A stretch of 64,000 nucleotides of DNA from an uncultured Gemmatimonadales bacterium (GTDB lineage: Bacteria > Gemmatimonadota > Gemmatimonadetes > Gemmatimonadales > GWC2-71-9): positions 320,001 to 384,000 of the forward strand of contig CAVSQW010000008.1 in the NCBI GenBank assembly GCA_963730185.1, given 5' to 3'. Both the position numbers and the translations under genes were made by a program. Shown in pieces: positions 37,199 through 46,717 of the stretch. How positions within the stretch are numbered: the first letter of the stretch is position 1; each line of letters opens with the position of its first letter. The notes beneath the pieces were generated by a model. The model saw only the letters and a list, made by a program, of their open reading frames with translations, made no database searches and was not told the origin of the DNA.

Positions 37199-40156
37199 AT
37201 GGGCATGTATCGCAGGATCCTCGGGCTCGGGTTGGTCAGCGTGCTGGCCTTGCCCGCAGTCGCTCTGGCGCAGACGCGCCAGATTTCCGGCACCGTCCAA
37301 CGGACCGGGGGCGGCCCGATCGCGGCGGCCGTGGTCTCCGTGGCGGGGACGACCGAAACCGCCCGGACGGACGCCGAAGGGCGGTATACGGTGAGTGCGC
37401 CGACCGGCGAGGTCCGGCTTTCGGTGCGGGCGATCGGCTTCACCCGGAAGGACGCGGTGGTCGCGGCCAGCCAGAACACGGTCGACTTCCTGCTCGATCC
37501 CGACGTCTTCAAGCTGGAGGAGGTGGTCGTCTCCGGTCAGGCCACGACGGTCCAGCGCCGAAACGCCACGACCTCGATCGGGTACGTGTCGGGCGAGGAT
37601 CTGACCAAGGTCGCCTCGCCGACGATCGAGAGTGCGCTCTACGGCAAGCTCGCCGGCGTCAACATCCAGGGTAACGGTGGCGCGCCGGGCGGCGGCATGC
37701 AGATGCAGATCCGCGGCTCGAACACGATTCTCGGCAACTTCGATCCGCTCTACGTGATCGACGGGGTCATCTACTCGAACGCCAGCATCCTGAACGGCCG
37801 GAACGCGATCGACGCCGGCGCCAGCGTGTTGGAGGACAACCCGGTCAACCGCCTGGCCGACATCAATCCGGCCGACATCGCGAGCATCGAGGTGCTGAAG
37901 GGCGCCGCGGCGGCCGCGATCTACGGGTCCAAGGCGGCGAGCGGCGTGGTGGTCATCAAGACCATCCGGGGCCAGATCGGCGCCCCCAAGGTCGACGTCT
38001 CGCAGCGGCTCGGCACCTTCGACCGGCTTCGGGGCTACCAGGACCGCTGCCTGAGCAGCGTGGCCGACGTGCAGGCCCAGTTCGGAGGCACGGCCGCGGC
38101 CTACGTCTCGAGTCTGGGTGGCTCGGTGCCCTGCTATCAGCACTACGATCAGGTCTGGGGGCTCAACCGGGTCTCGTACGAGACCGTGGCCGACGTGAAC
38201 GGCGGCGACTCGAACACCCGGTACTTCGTCTCCACCACCTTCAAGCGCGACGCCGCGATCGAGCCGAACACCCAGTTCGGCCGCCAGGCGCTCCGCGTGA
38301 ACCTGGATCAGTCGCTGGGCAAGAAGATCGACGTGTCGGTGTCGAGCGTGTTCAACCGCTCGACCAACTCGCGCGGGTGGGACAACAACTGCAACAACTT
38401 CGCGTGCTACGGCTACGCGCTGGCCTACATCCCGAGCTACATCGATCTCCGGCAGCAGGCCGACGGCAGCTACATCAACCCGGCCAACGCCGGGACGGTG
38501 GCCTCGAACCCGCTCCAGACCGCGGCGCTCAGCTCCACCGGCTCGACCACGAACCGATTCACCGGCGGCACCACCATTACCTGGAAGGCCCGGACCACCG
38601 AGCGGTCCAGCCTCCGGTTCATCGCCGCGGGCGGTGCCGACCTCTTCCATCAGAACGACAACCTGGTGGCCCCGGTCGATCTCTTCTTCGAGCAGATCCA
38701 GGCCCAGCCGGGCGCCTCGATCGAGAACAACGGTGACAGCCGGCAGTTCAACTGGAACCTGAACGGCGTCTGGACCTACCGGACCGCCGCGACCGGCGGA
38801 ATGCAGTTCACCACCTCGGGTGGGGTGCAGTACGAGGACCGCTGGCTCCACACCAGCCGGATCACCACCACCAACCTGGTGCCCGGCCAGGTGAACGTGA
38901 ACCAGGGCTCGAACTTCGCGGTGACCGAGAACCTGACTCCGGAGAAGACCTTCGCCTTCTACGGTCAGGAAGACCTCCTGATGCTGAACGACCGGCTGCT
39001 GATCAGCGGCGGTATCCGGGCCGAGCGCTCGAGCGCCAACGGCAACATCAGCAAGTACTACGTCTACCCGCGCCTCTCGGGCAAGTACAGCTTCCGCGAC
39101 GTGCTGGGTGAGGGAAGTGAATTCAAGATCCGGGCGGCCTACGGCGAGCTGGGCAACCAGCCCAACTTCGGCCAGAAGTTCACCAACCTGAACACCCCGC
39201 AGTTCGGCGGCACCAACGGGTTCCAGGTCGGCACCGTGTCGGGCGATCCCAACATCGCGCCGGAGCGGGTCAAGGAGATCGAGGGCGGCTTCGACCTGAA
39301 CTTCTGGAACGGGCGAGCCAACCTCGACGTGTCGCTCTACAACCGGAAGACCACCGACCTCCTGCTCAGCCGTTCGCCGGCCCCGTCGACCGGGTACACC
39401 ACCCAGTTCTTCAACGGCGGTGAGATCCAGAACAAGGGCATCGAGATCGTGGCGGGCATCACCCCGATCCAGCAGCGGGACTTCAACTGGATCTCGTCCA
39501 CCAGCTTCACGTTGCACCGGAGTAAGGTCCTGAGCCTGCCGGTACCGTCCTTCCGCCCGCCGGCATCCGGCTTCGGCGGCCTGGGCGTGACCTTCATCGA
39601 GGTCGGCCAGTCGTTGAGCCGACTCTACGGCCCGCGGTACGCCACGCCGGGCGACGCATCGTCCGTGTATCAGGGCACCGTCGGCAACACCGATCCGACC
39701 TTCCGGGTCGGCTTCCAGAACAGCGTCACCTACAAGTCGTTCAATTTCTCGGTGACCGCCGACTGGCAGAAGGGCGGCAACGTCGTCAACCTGACCCAGT
39801 TCCTGCTCGACGACGGCAAGACCACCTTCGACTACGGCACCGCGGCGTACGACGCCCGGAGTGCGGCGGTCGGCGACGGCGTCACCACGATCTACGTGGA
39901 GCCGGCGGACTTCTTCAAGCTCCGCGAGGTCTCGCTGAGCTGGAACCTGCCCCGGAGCTTCACCGACGCGCTCGGCTGGGGCCTGCACGATGCCCGGATT
40001 GGCGTCACCGGTCGTGACCTCTTCTGGTGGACGAAGTACTCCGGTCTCGATCCGGAAGTCGCGAACTTCGGGTCGTCGGCCATCCGGTCGAATACCGACG
40101 TGACCCCGTATCCGCCCAGCCGGAGCATCTTCTTCAATCTTGCGGTGGGGTTCTGA
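37199..40156 (+). CDS. SusC/RagA-family TonB-dependent transporter
   Basis: Signal peptide, CarboxypepD_reg-like domain, PLYVIDGV, INPADIASIEVLKGAAAAAIYGSKAASGVVVI and C-terminal Phe. Confidence 0.93.
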   Translation: MGMYRRILGLGLVSVLALPAVALAQTRQISGTVQRTGGGPIAAAVVSVAGTTETARTDAEGRYTVSAPTGEVRLSVRAIGFTRKDAVVAASQNTVDFLLDPDVFKLEEVVVSGQATTVQRRNATTSIGYVSGEDLTKVASPTIESALYGKLAGVNIQGNGGAPGGGMQMQIRGSNTILGNFDPLYVIDGVIYSNASILNGRNAIDAGASVLEDNPVNRLADINPADIASIEVLKGAAAAAIYGSKAASGVVVIKTIRGQIGAPKVDVSQRLGTFDRLRGYQDRCLSSVADVQAQFGGTAAAYVSSLGGSVPCYQHYDQVWGLNRVSYETVADVNGGDSNTRYFVSTTFKRDAAIEPNTQFGRQALRVNLDQSLGKKIDVSVSSVFNRSTNSRGWDNNCNNFACYGYALAYIPSYIDLRQQADGSYINPANAGTVASNPLQTAALSSTGSTTNRFTGGTTITWKARTTERSSLRFIAAGGADLFHQNDNLVAPVDLFFEQIQAQPGASIENNGDSRQFNWNLNGVWTYRTAATGGMQFTTSGGVQYEDRWLHTSRITTTNLVPGQVNVNQGSNFAVTENLTPEKTFAFYGQEDLLMLNDRLLISGGIRAERSSANGNISKYYVYPRLSGKYSFRDVLGEGSEFKIRAAYGELGNQPNFGQKFTNLNTPQFGGTNGFQVGTVSGDPNIAPERVKEIEGGFDLNFWNGRANLDVSLYNRKTTDLLLSRSPAPSTGYTTQFFNGGEIQNKGIEIVAGITPIQQRDFNWISSTSFTLHRSKVLSLPVPSFRPPASGFGGLGVTFIEVGQSLSRLYGPRYATPGDASSVYQGTVGNTDPTFRVGFQNSVTYKSFNFSVTADWQKGGNVVNLTQFLLDDGKTTFDYGTAAYDARSAAVGDGVTTIYVEPADFFKLREVSLSWNLPRSFTDALGWGLHDARIGVTGRDLFWWTKYSGLDPEVANFGSSAIRSNTDVTPYPPSRSIFFNLAVGF

Positions 40157-40159
40157 GCC

Positions 40160-41596
40160 ATGACGACTAAAACACTGAAAATGGCGCTCGGCGCGACCGG
40201 CCTGCTGCTGACCGCGGCGTGCTCGAAGAGCTCGTTCGACATCCTGAACACCAACGCGCCGACGATCGAGCAGCTCACCGGGAATCCGACCAAGGCCACG
40301 CTGGCCCGGGCGGCCCTGGGGTCGGCGGCCGTGTTCGAGACCGACGTGGGTGGCGATATCGCCCGGTGGGCGATCTACGGCCGGGAAGGCTACAACCTGA
40401 ACGGCAACGATCCCCGACTCACTGGCGAAGATATTTCCGGCCCGCAGGATCCCAACGGGCACAGCGCCGGCGGGTGGGCCGGGAAGTACCAGGCCCTCCG
40501 GACCATCAACACCTACCTGGCCGCCATCGACCAGGCGCCGGACCTGACCTCGGCGGAGAAGTCTGCCTCGAAGGGGTTCGCCAACACGTTGAAGGCGATC
40601 CTGCTCCACCAGGCGATCGTCCGGAACGGCACCCTCGGCATCCCGGTGGACGTGGAAGTCGGGCTGGATCAGCCGCCGGCACCGTTCCTGACCGAGGCGC
40701 ATGCCTATGATCGAATCGTGGCGTTGCTCGATGACGCCCAGACCGACCTTCAGGCCGCGGGCAGCACGGCCTTCCCGTTCCCGATGCCGCCGGGCTACGA
40801 GGATTTCGCCACCCCGGCCAAGTTCCTCCAGGTGAACCGGGCGTACATGGCCAAGGTGATGATTCACCGGGCCACCTTCCTCAACGAAGGCGCGAGTGCC
40901 TATCAGGCGGCGCTCACCGCCCTGAACCAGTCGTTCATCACCACGGCGGGGCTTCCGGCCAGCTTCTCGCTGGGAGCGTACTACGCCTACGCCTCGGCGT
41001 CCGGTGAGACGGGCAACCCGATCACCGAAGCCACGAGCTCGACCCGGTTCTTCGTGCATTCGTCAATCGAGACCGGGGCGCAGCACAAGCTCAACGGCGA
41101 CCTCGACGACCGATTCACCAGCAAGACCTTCACGGTGACGGCCCGCACGGTCAGCGGCCTCACCAGCACGCTCAAGCCGGTGATGTACAACACCAACTCC
41201 CCGACCGGGTCGTCGCCGAATCTCGACGCCGACATCGCCATCATCCGGAACGAGGAGCTCATTCTCATCCGGGCCGAGGCGGAGTGGTTCACGGGCGCCA
41301 AGCAGGCCGCCCTGGACGACATCAACCTCGTGCGCGAGAACTCGGGCGGTTTGGAGGCGACCACGCTCACGACCGGCAGCAGCGACGCCGCGTTCACGAC
41401 CGAGCTGCTTTACAACCGGACCTACTCGCTTCTCTGGGAGCAGGGCACCCGATGGCTCGATGCTCGGCGGTTCGGGCTCCTGAGCACCCTGCCGCTCGAT
41501 CGGGCCGGCGACGTGACCTGGGAGTTCCAGATCGTCCCCGGTGGCGAGTGCGACGCCCGGAGCCTGCCGGCGCCGTGCACGCCCGCGACGCAGTGA
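40160..41596 (+). CDS. SusD/RagB-family lipoprotein
   Basis: Lipobox LTAAC; IIRNEELILIRAEA; LLWEQGTRWLDARR; directly after susC. Confidence 0.9.
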   Translation: MTTKTLKMALGATGLLLTAACSKSSFDILNTNAPTIEQLTGNPTKATLARAALGSAAVFETDVGGDIARWAIYGREGYNLNGNDPRLTGEDISGPQDPNGHSAGGWAGKYQALRTINTYLAAIDQAPDLTSAEKSASKGFANTLKAILLHQAIVRNGTLGIPVDVEVGLDQPPAPFLTEAHAYDRIVALLDDAQTDLQAAGSTAFPFPMPPGYEDFATPAKFLQVNRAYMAKVMIHRATFLNEGASAYQAALTALNQSFITTAGLPASFSLGAYYAYASASGETGNPITEATSSTRFFVHSSIETGAQHKLNGDLDDRFTSKTFTVTARTVSGLTSTLKPVMYNTNSPTGSSPNLDADIAIIRNEELILIRAEAEWFTGAKQAALDDINLVRENSGGLEATTLTTGSSDAAFTTELLYNRTYSLLWEQGTRWLDARRFGLLSTLPLDRAGDVTWEFQIVPGGECDARSLPAPCTPATQ

Positions 41597-41627
41597 GGTC
41601 GGTTCGGTAGCAGGTTGCAGGCTACCA

Positions 41628-41661
41628 GAAAGCGGGGGCCGGGAAGCCGGCCCCCGCTTTC
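41628..41661. terminator. Bidirectional hairpin terminator between susD and ftcd
   Basis: Perfect 15-bp stem GAAAGCGGGGGCCGG / CCGGCCCCCGCTTTC with GAAG loop between convergent genes. Confidence 0.8.
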
Positions 41662-41683
41662 ATTCGTTTGCCCCTCCGGATGG

Positions 41684-43369
41684 TCAGGCGAACTTGGCTT
41701 CGGCCGCCGCGAGCACGGCTTGCTCCCGGGCCGCCACCTCGGCCGCCAGCCGGGCGCCCTCGCGAACGATGTCCTCCACTGCCGTCCGGTCCTTCAGGCT
41801 GGCCAGGTTGGTCCGGACGTTGAGCCAGGCGCCCAGCACCGCCGAGCGGGCCGCCAGGGCGCCCACGGCGGCATCGGAGGCGGAGGCCGGGAGGCCGTCC
41901 TTGGCCATGGCCTCCAGCAACTCGAACGCCGCCCAGGCCGACTGCATCACCCGCCAGGGCACCTCGATGGCGCCTCGGTTGGCCTCCTCGAGCGCCTTGG
42001 CCCGGGCGGCTCGCTCCAGGTCGGTCGTCTTGGGCATGCCGAGCGCGGTCATGACCCGGTCGAACGCGCGGGTGTCCTCGTCGACCAGTTGAAGCAGCGC
42101 GCTCACCAGGCGCTGGCCCCGTTCGGCCCAGTCGGAGAATTGCTCCCAGCGGTCGTCCCAGCCGCGCTTGTGGGACGAGAGGTTGGCCACCATGGTGCCC
42201 AGGGCGGCGCCCAATGCGCCGAGCAGGGCGGCCACCGACCCGCCGCCCGGGGCCACCGACTCCGACGCCGTGACCTCCACGAACCCCGCCACCGTCAGGT
42301 CCACCAGCCGGGCCTGGCCGGGTTCGCGGAGGAGGTACTCGATGATCCGTTCCTCCGGCTTGAACGGCGCCAGCTGGTCCAGCCCCATCGACACCACCGC
42401 GATCCGGATCAGCTCCGATTCGGACAGGCCCAGCGAGCGCTGCTGCTTCCGGAGGAAGTAGCGCCCGGCGTCCAGCATCGTCTGGAGCGGCACCAGACCC
42501 ACCAGCTCGGAGCCGGTGACCCGGATGCCGCGGGCTCGGGCTTTCTCGCCCACCTCGTCGAACGCCACGTGGAGCGGGGTAACCGACAGGTCGGTCAGGT
42601 TCATCGAGACCTGGGCAATCCGGTACTCGTCGATGTACCAGCCGATCGCCTTGACCGCCTTGAGCGAGCCCGGAAGGCTGATCGGTTGACCGGCGGCGTC
42701 GGTGAGGACCTTGCCGGTGAGGGCGCCGCCCTCCCGCTTGGGCCGACCCGCCTCCCGGACGTCGAACGCGATGGCGTTGGCGCGGCGGGTCGAGGTGGTG
42801 TTGAGGTTGACGTTGTAGGCGACGAGGAAATCGCGGGCCCCGATGACCGTGGCACCGGCTGCGGGGTTCATCTTCGCCGGCCCGAAGTCGGGCTTCCACT
42901 TCGGATCCTCGATCTTCTTGAAGAAGCCCTCGTATTCGCCGGCCCGGATGATCGACAGGTTCCGCCTGGCGGGATCGGGTTGGGCCTGCTCGTAGAGGTA
43001 GACTGGAATCTCGAGCTCCTCGCCGACTCTCCGGGCCAGCTCCGTCGCGTACCGGGCGGTCTCCTCCATCGAGATCCCGGCCACCGGCACCAGGGGGCAG
43101 ACGTCGGTGGCGCCCATCCGGGGGTGCTCGCCCTCGTGCGTCCGCATGTCGATCAGCTGAGCCGCCTTGGCGATGGCCCTGAAGGCCGCCTCGACCACCG
43201 CCTCCGGCCCGCCGGCGATGGTGACCACGGTGCGATTGGTGGACCGTCCCGGGTCCACGTTCAGGAGCCGGGCCCCTTCAACCCCCTCGATCTCGACGGT
43301 AATTTGGCGGATGACGTCGAGGTTCCGGCCCTCGCTGAAGTTGGGCACGCACTCGATGATCTTCGACAT
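41684..43369 (-). CDS. ftcd: Bifunctional glutamate formimidoyltransferase / formimidoyl-THF cyclodeaminase
   Basis: IECVPNFSEGR, HEGEHPRMGATDVCP, AQVSMNL and cyclodeaminase APGGGSVAA...NVRTNL. Confidence 0.9.
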   Translation of the reverse strand: MSKIIECVPNFSEGRNLDVIRQITVEIEGVEGARLLNVDPGRSTNRTVVTIAGGPEAVVEAAFRAIAKAAQLIDMRTHEGEHPRMGATDVCPLVPVAGISMEETARYATELARRVGEELEIPVYLYEQAQPDPARRNLSIIRAGEYEGFFKKIEDPKWKPDFGPAKMNPAAGATVIGARDFLVAYNVNLNTTSTRRANAIAFDVREAGRPKREGGALTGKVLTDAAGQPISLPGSLKAVKAIGWYIDEYRIAQVSMNLTDLSVTPLHVAFDEVGEKARARGIRVTGSELVGLVPLQTMLDAGRYFLRKQQRSLGLSESELIRIAVVSMGLDQLAPFKPEERIIEYLLREPGQARLVDLTVAGFVEVTASESVAPGGGSVAALLGALGAALGTMVANLSSHKRGWDDRWEQFSDWAERGQRLVSALLQLVDEDTRAFDRVMTALGMPKTTDLERAARAKALEEANRGAIEVPWRVMQSAWAAFELLEAMAKDGLPASASDAAVGALAARSAVLGAWLNVRTNLASLKDRTAVEDIVREGARLAAEVAAREQAVLAAAEAKFA

Positions 43370-43421
43370 GACGACTCGTTGGGCTCGAGTTGAGGCCCTC
43401 AATTTATCCCGGAAACCCATC

Positions 43422-45230
43422 ATGACGAACCCGAGCAACCGATCGATCCTCGACCGAAGGACCTTTCTCGCCGCCTGCTCCATGGCGGGCATCGGGCATC
43501 CGGCGCTGGTGGAGGCGCTCTGGAGGAAACGAGGAGAGACGAGGGGCGATGGGGAAGGGCGAGGGGCGGACGGGGAAGGACTGGGCGGGCCGGGGGGCGC
43601 CGGCGTGGGGCAGGAGGGGCAGGGGAAGGTCACCCGCGAGATGGTGATGGCTGCGGAGCAGATCATCGGGCTCGAGTTCACCGACGCCGAGCGCGACATG
43701 ATGCTCACCGACCTCAACAACGCGCTCCGGAGCTACGACGCCATCCACGGCGTCACCCTGCCCAATGCCGTCTTTCCGGCCATCCGGTTCGATCCCGCCA
43801 CGCCGGGGCTCAAGACCCTGCCGGACAAGGGCATCTCACTTCGGGTCACCGACGAACGCCGCCGCCGCCGCGACGTGACCCGCCCGGGCACCGACGCCGA
43901 GTTGGCGTTTGCGCCGCTGGCCCAGCTGGCCGAGCTGGTTCGAAGCCGGAAGGTCACGGCGACGGAGCTGACCCGGCTCTACCTGGATCGGCTCAAGAGG
44001 TACGACCCCCAGCTGCTCTGCGTCATCAACCTGACCGAGGCCCGGGCCCTCGATCAGGCCCGGAAGGCCGATCAGGAGATTGCCTCGGGGCACTATCGGG
44101 GGCCACTCCACGGGATCCCGTGGGGCGCCAAGGACCTCTTCGCGGTGCCGGGTTACCCGACCACCTGGGGCTCGCCGATCTACCGGAATCAGATGCTGAG
44201 CGACACCGCCACCGTGGTGCGGAAGCTCGACGACGCCGGCGCCATCCTGGTCGCCAAGCTGACCCTGGGCGAGTTCGCCATGGGTGACGTCTGGTACGGC
44301 GGCATGACCCGGAACCCGTGGAAGCTCGACCAGGGCTCCAGCGGCTCCTCGGCTGGACCGGCCTCGGCCACGGTCGCCGGGCTGGTCGGCTTCGCGATCG
44401 GCACCGAGACCCTGGGCTCGATCGTCTCACCCTCGACCCGGTGCGGGGCCAGCGGGCTCCGGCCGACGTTCGGGCGGGTGAGCCGGCACGGGGCCATGGC
44501 CCTCTCCTGGACCATGGACAAGGTCGGTCCGATCTGCCGGACGGCCGAGGATTGCGGGCTCGTGTTCGAGGCGATCCACGGCGCCGACGGCCTCGACCCC
44601 ACGGCGGTCGACGAGCCCTTCCGCTGGAGCCCGGCCAAGAAGCTCGAGGGCCTTCGGGTGGGCTACCTCGAGTCGGCGTTCGAGGCCGATCACCCAACCA
44701 AGACCTTCGACGACGCCGTGCTCGACGTGCTCCGCCGGATCGGGGTGAATCTGGTCCCGATCGCCTTCGATCAGGACGTCACGGTCCCCACCAGCGCGCT
44801 CCGGATCATCCTGACCGCGGAGGCGGGGGCGGCCTTCGACGAGCTGACCCGGACCAACCAGGACGACCAGATGGTCCGCCAGCAGCGGGGGGCCTGGCCC
44901 AATACCTTCCGGGCCTCGCGCTTCATCCCGGCGGTGGAGTACATCAACGCCAACCGGATCCGGACCATGTTGATGCGTCAGGTCGATCAGGTGATGCGAC
45001 AGGTCGACGTGTTCGTGACCCCGTCGTTCGGCGGGAACGTGCTGCTGACCACCAACCTCACCGGGCACCCCACGCTCGCGGTGCCGAACGGCTACCGGGA
45101 GGACGACGGAACTCCGGTGAGCATCTCGTTCGTGGGGCGGCTCTACGGCGAGGCCGACGTGCTGGCGGTGGGGAAAGCCTACCAGGACGCGACGGACTTT
45201 CACCGGAAGCATCCGGGCGGGTTTGTCTGA
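43422..45230 (+). CDS. Tat-exported amidase-signature family enzyme
   Basis: DRRTFL leader; GPLHGIPWGAKD, GSSGSSAG and GTETLGSI. Confidence 0.88.
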   Translation: MTNPSNRSILDRRTFLAACSMAGIGHPALVEALWRKRGETRGDGEGRGADGEGLGGPGGAGVGQEGQGKVTREMVMAAEQIIGLEFTDAERDMMLTDLNNALRSYDAIHGVTLPNAVFPAIRFDPATPGLKTLPDKGISLRVTDERRRRRDVTRPGTDAELAFAPLAQLAELVRSRKVTATELTRLYLDRLKRYDPQLLCVINLTEARALDQARKADQEIASGHYRGPLHGIPWGAKDLFAVPGYPTTWGSPIYRNQMLSDTATVVRKLDDAGAILVAKLTLGEFAMGDVWYGGMTRNPWKLDQGSSGSSAGPASATVAGLVGFAIGTETLGSIVSPSTRCGASGLRPTFGRVSRHGAMALSWTMDKVGPICRTAEDCGLVFEAIHGADGLDPTAVDEPFRWSPAKKLEGLRVGYLESAFEADHPTKTFDDAVLDVLRRIGVNLVPIAFDQDVTVPTSALRIILTAEAGAAFDELTRTNQDDQMVRQQRGAWPNTFRASRFIPAVEYINANRIRTMLMRQVDQVMRQVDVFVTPSFGGNVLLTTNLTGHPTLAVPNGYREDDGTPVSISFVGRLYGEADVLAVGKAYQDATDFHRKHPGGFV

Positions 45231-45266
45231 GCCAGATGGGCGAACGAGTGGACGGGGCGGGCGGGG

Positions 45267-46094
45267 CTAGTTGGGGCGGGTGGTCAGCCAGAAGATGCCC
45301 ATGATGAAGGCCCAGATGGTCCACCAGAAGGCGCTGAAGCCCAGCACGCCCCGGATGCCGTTCCAGGTGAGGACCGCGCCCCAGCCCGCGTTTACCACCA
45401 CGATCGCGAGGACCGTCGCCAGGTAGAGCAGCACGTAGCCGGTGGTCCAGAACTGGCGCTCGGTCCAGAACCGGGTCGCGGCCGGGATCCATCCGCGCGG
45501 AATGGTTCCGTCCGCCCGGCGCCGAACCTGGAACCACCAGAGCCGCGGCCGGAAGGGCCAACCCGCCCGGCCGGCCGTGCCCCGGATCGCTCGCTTGAGG
45601 GCGACGGTATCGATCCGGAACGACCGCTCCCCGCGGACCCGCGGGACCACCCCGGCGGCCAGGCCGTACGCGCGCCCCACCCAGACGACGTCGATGCATC
45701 CGGCGACCAAGGCCAGGGACCACGAGAACCGCGGCACCCACCCGCGGAACCCGATGAAGAGGCTCGCGGTCCGGAGCATCTCGAACCAGCGGACCTCGTG
45801 CCGCTCCTCGTCCAGTACCAGCCAGGCCCGATACTGGGTGGTGAGCTTGACCCGGCTGAAGCCGGCCCGCCAATCCGCCGGCACCAGGTCGCACCGGACC
45901 TCGAGATCGGCCCGGCTTCCCGGGGCCAGCCGGCAGTCCGTCCCGCCGGGCTCGAGGTGGGTAAGGCGTTCCAGGAGCGCCATCCGGGACGACGGGTGGG
46001 CCTCCCGGTTCTGGCGGGTCAGGAAGGTCGCCGCGCTCTCCATCATGGCGTACACCATCACGAGCGCGAGCACGGCGATCAGCAGGAAGCCCAT
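45267..46094 (-). CDS. Hypothetical membrane protein
   Basis: N-terminal and two C-terminal hydrophobic helices; abuts the upstream gene. Confidence 0.6.
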   Translation of the reverse strand: MGFLLIAVLALVMVYAMMESAATFLTRQNREAHPSSRMALLERLTHLEPGGTDCRLAPGSRADLEVRCDLVPADWRAGFSRVKLTTQYRAWLVLDEERHEVRWFEMLRTASLFIGFRGWVPRFSWSLALVAGCIDVVWVGRAYGLAAGVVPRVRGERSFRIDTVALKRAIRGTAGRAGWPFRPRLWWFQVRRRADGTIPRGWIPAATRFWTERQFWTTGYVLLYLATVLAIVVVNAGWGAVLTWNGIRGVLGFSAFWWTIWAFIMGIFWLTTRPN

Positions 46095-46096
46095 GG

Positions 46097-46681
46097 CTAG
46101 AGCCGCCCGCCCCGGGTCAGGTAGACGTACACCAGCGAGGTGACGTCGAAGCAGGCCCGCCGCACCAGGTGCTCGCGAAGCCGGCCGGCCAGCCAGCGGT
46201 TGTCGAGCCAGGTGGGGCCGTGGTCGAGCGACAGGCTCTCCACCCGGACGGCCAGCACGCAGGCCACCGCGCTCTTCAGGTCCTTTGCCTTCGGTGCACT
46301 GTCGCCGCGCGCGACGAGGGTGGCTGTGCCGCCGAGATCCAGCGTGAGCCGAACCACCCCGGCCGCCGTCGCGGAGTCGCCGGGCCGGCCGCTCGTGCCC
46401 ACGGCGGCCTCCAGCTCCACCGTGCCGCCGGGGCAGTGCGGCACCGAGCCGCGGGGGGCCGACACCGTCGCGGCGCCTCCGGGCTCGGCCATTTTCAGGG
46501 GAAAGTACCGGGCTACGCCGCCCGAGACGACGTACGCCAGCTGGCCGGCGCCGATCACGACGCATGGCGCGAAGGGGTGACTTTGCCACTGCGCGGCGCC
46601 CCCCGGGGGGCCGAGCGACGCGATCGCCAGCAGCCCGAGGCCCGCCGCCCACCCGGCCGATCGCCCCGGGCCCGGGATCAT
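46097..46681 (-). CDS. Hypothetical secreted protein
   Basis: Signal-like N-terminus, four Cys, operon position. Confidence 0.5.
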   Translation of the reverse strand: MIPGPGRSAGWAAGLGLLAIASLGPPGGAAQWQSHPFAPCVVIGAGQLAYVVSGGVARYFPLKMAEPGGAATVSAPRGSVPHCPGGTVELEAAVGTSGRPGDSATAAGVVRLTLDLGGTATLVARGDSAPKAKDLKSAVACVLAVRVESLSLDHGPTWLDNRWLAGRLREHLVRRACFDVTSLVYVYLTRGGRL

Positions 46682-46717
46682 GGGGTCGATCTCCCTCGTC
46701 GAAACGGCAACGGGCGC

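Noticed and set aside
37001..41059. Very long antisense/alternative-frame ORFs (for example 1352 aa here, 8476-10905 and 20062-22425)
   Set aside because: Shadow ORFs of real high-GC genes with no motifs of their own.
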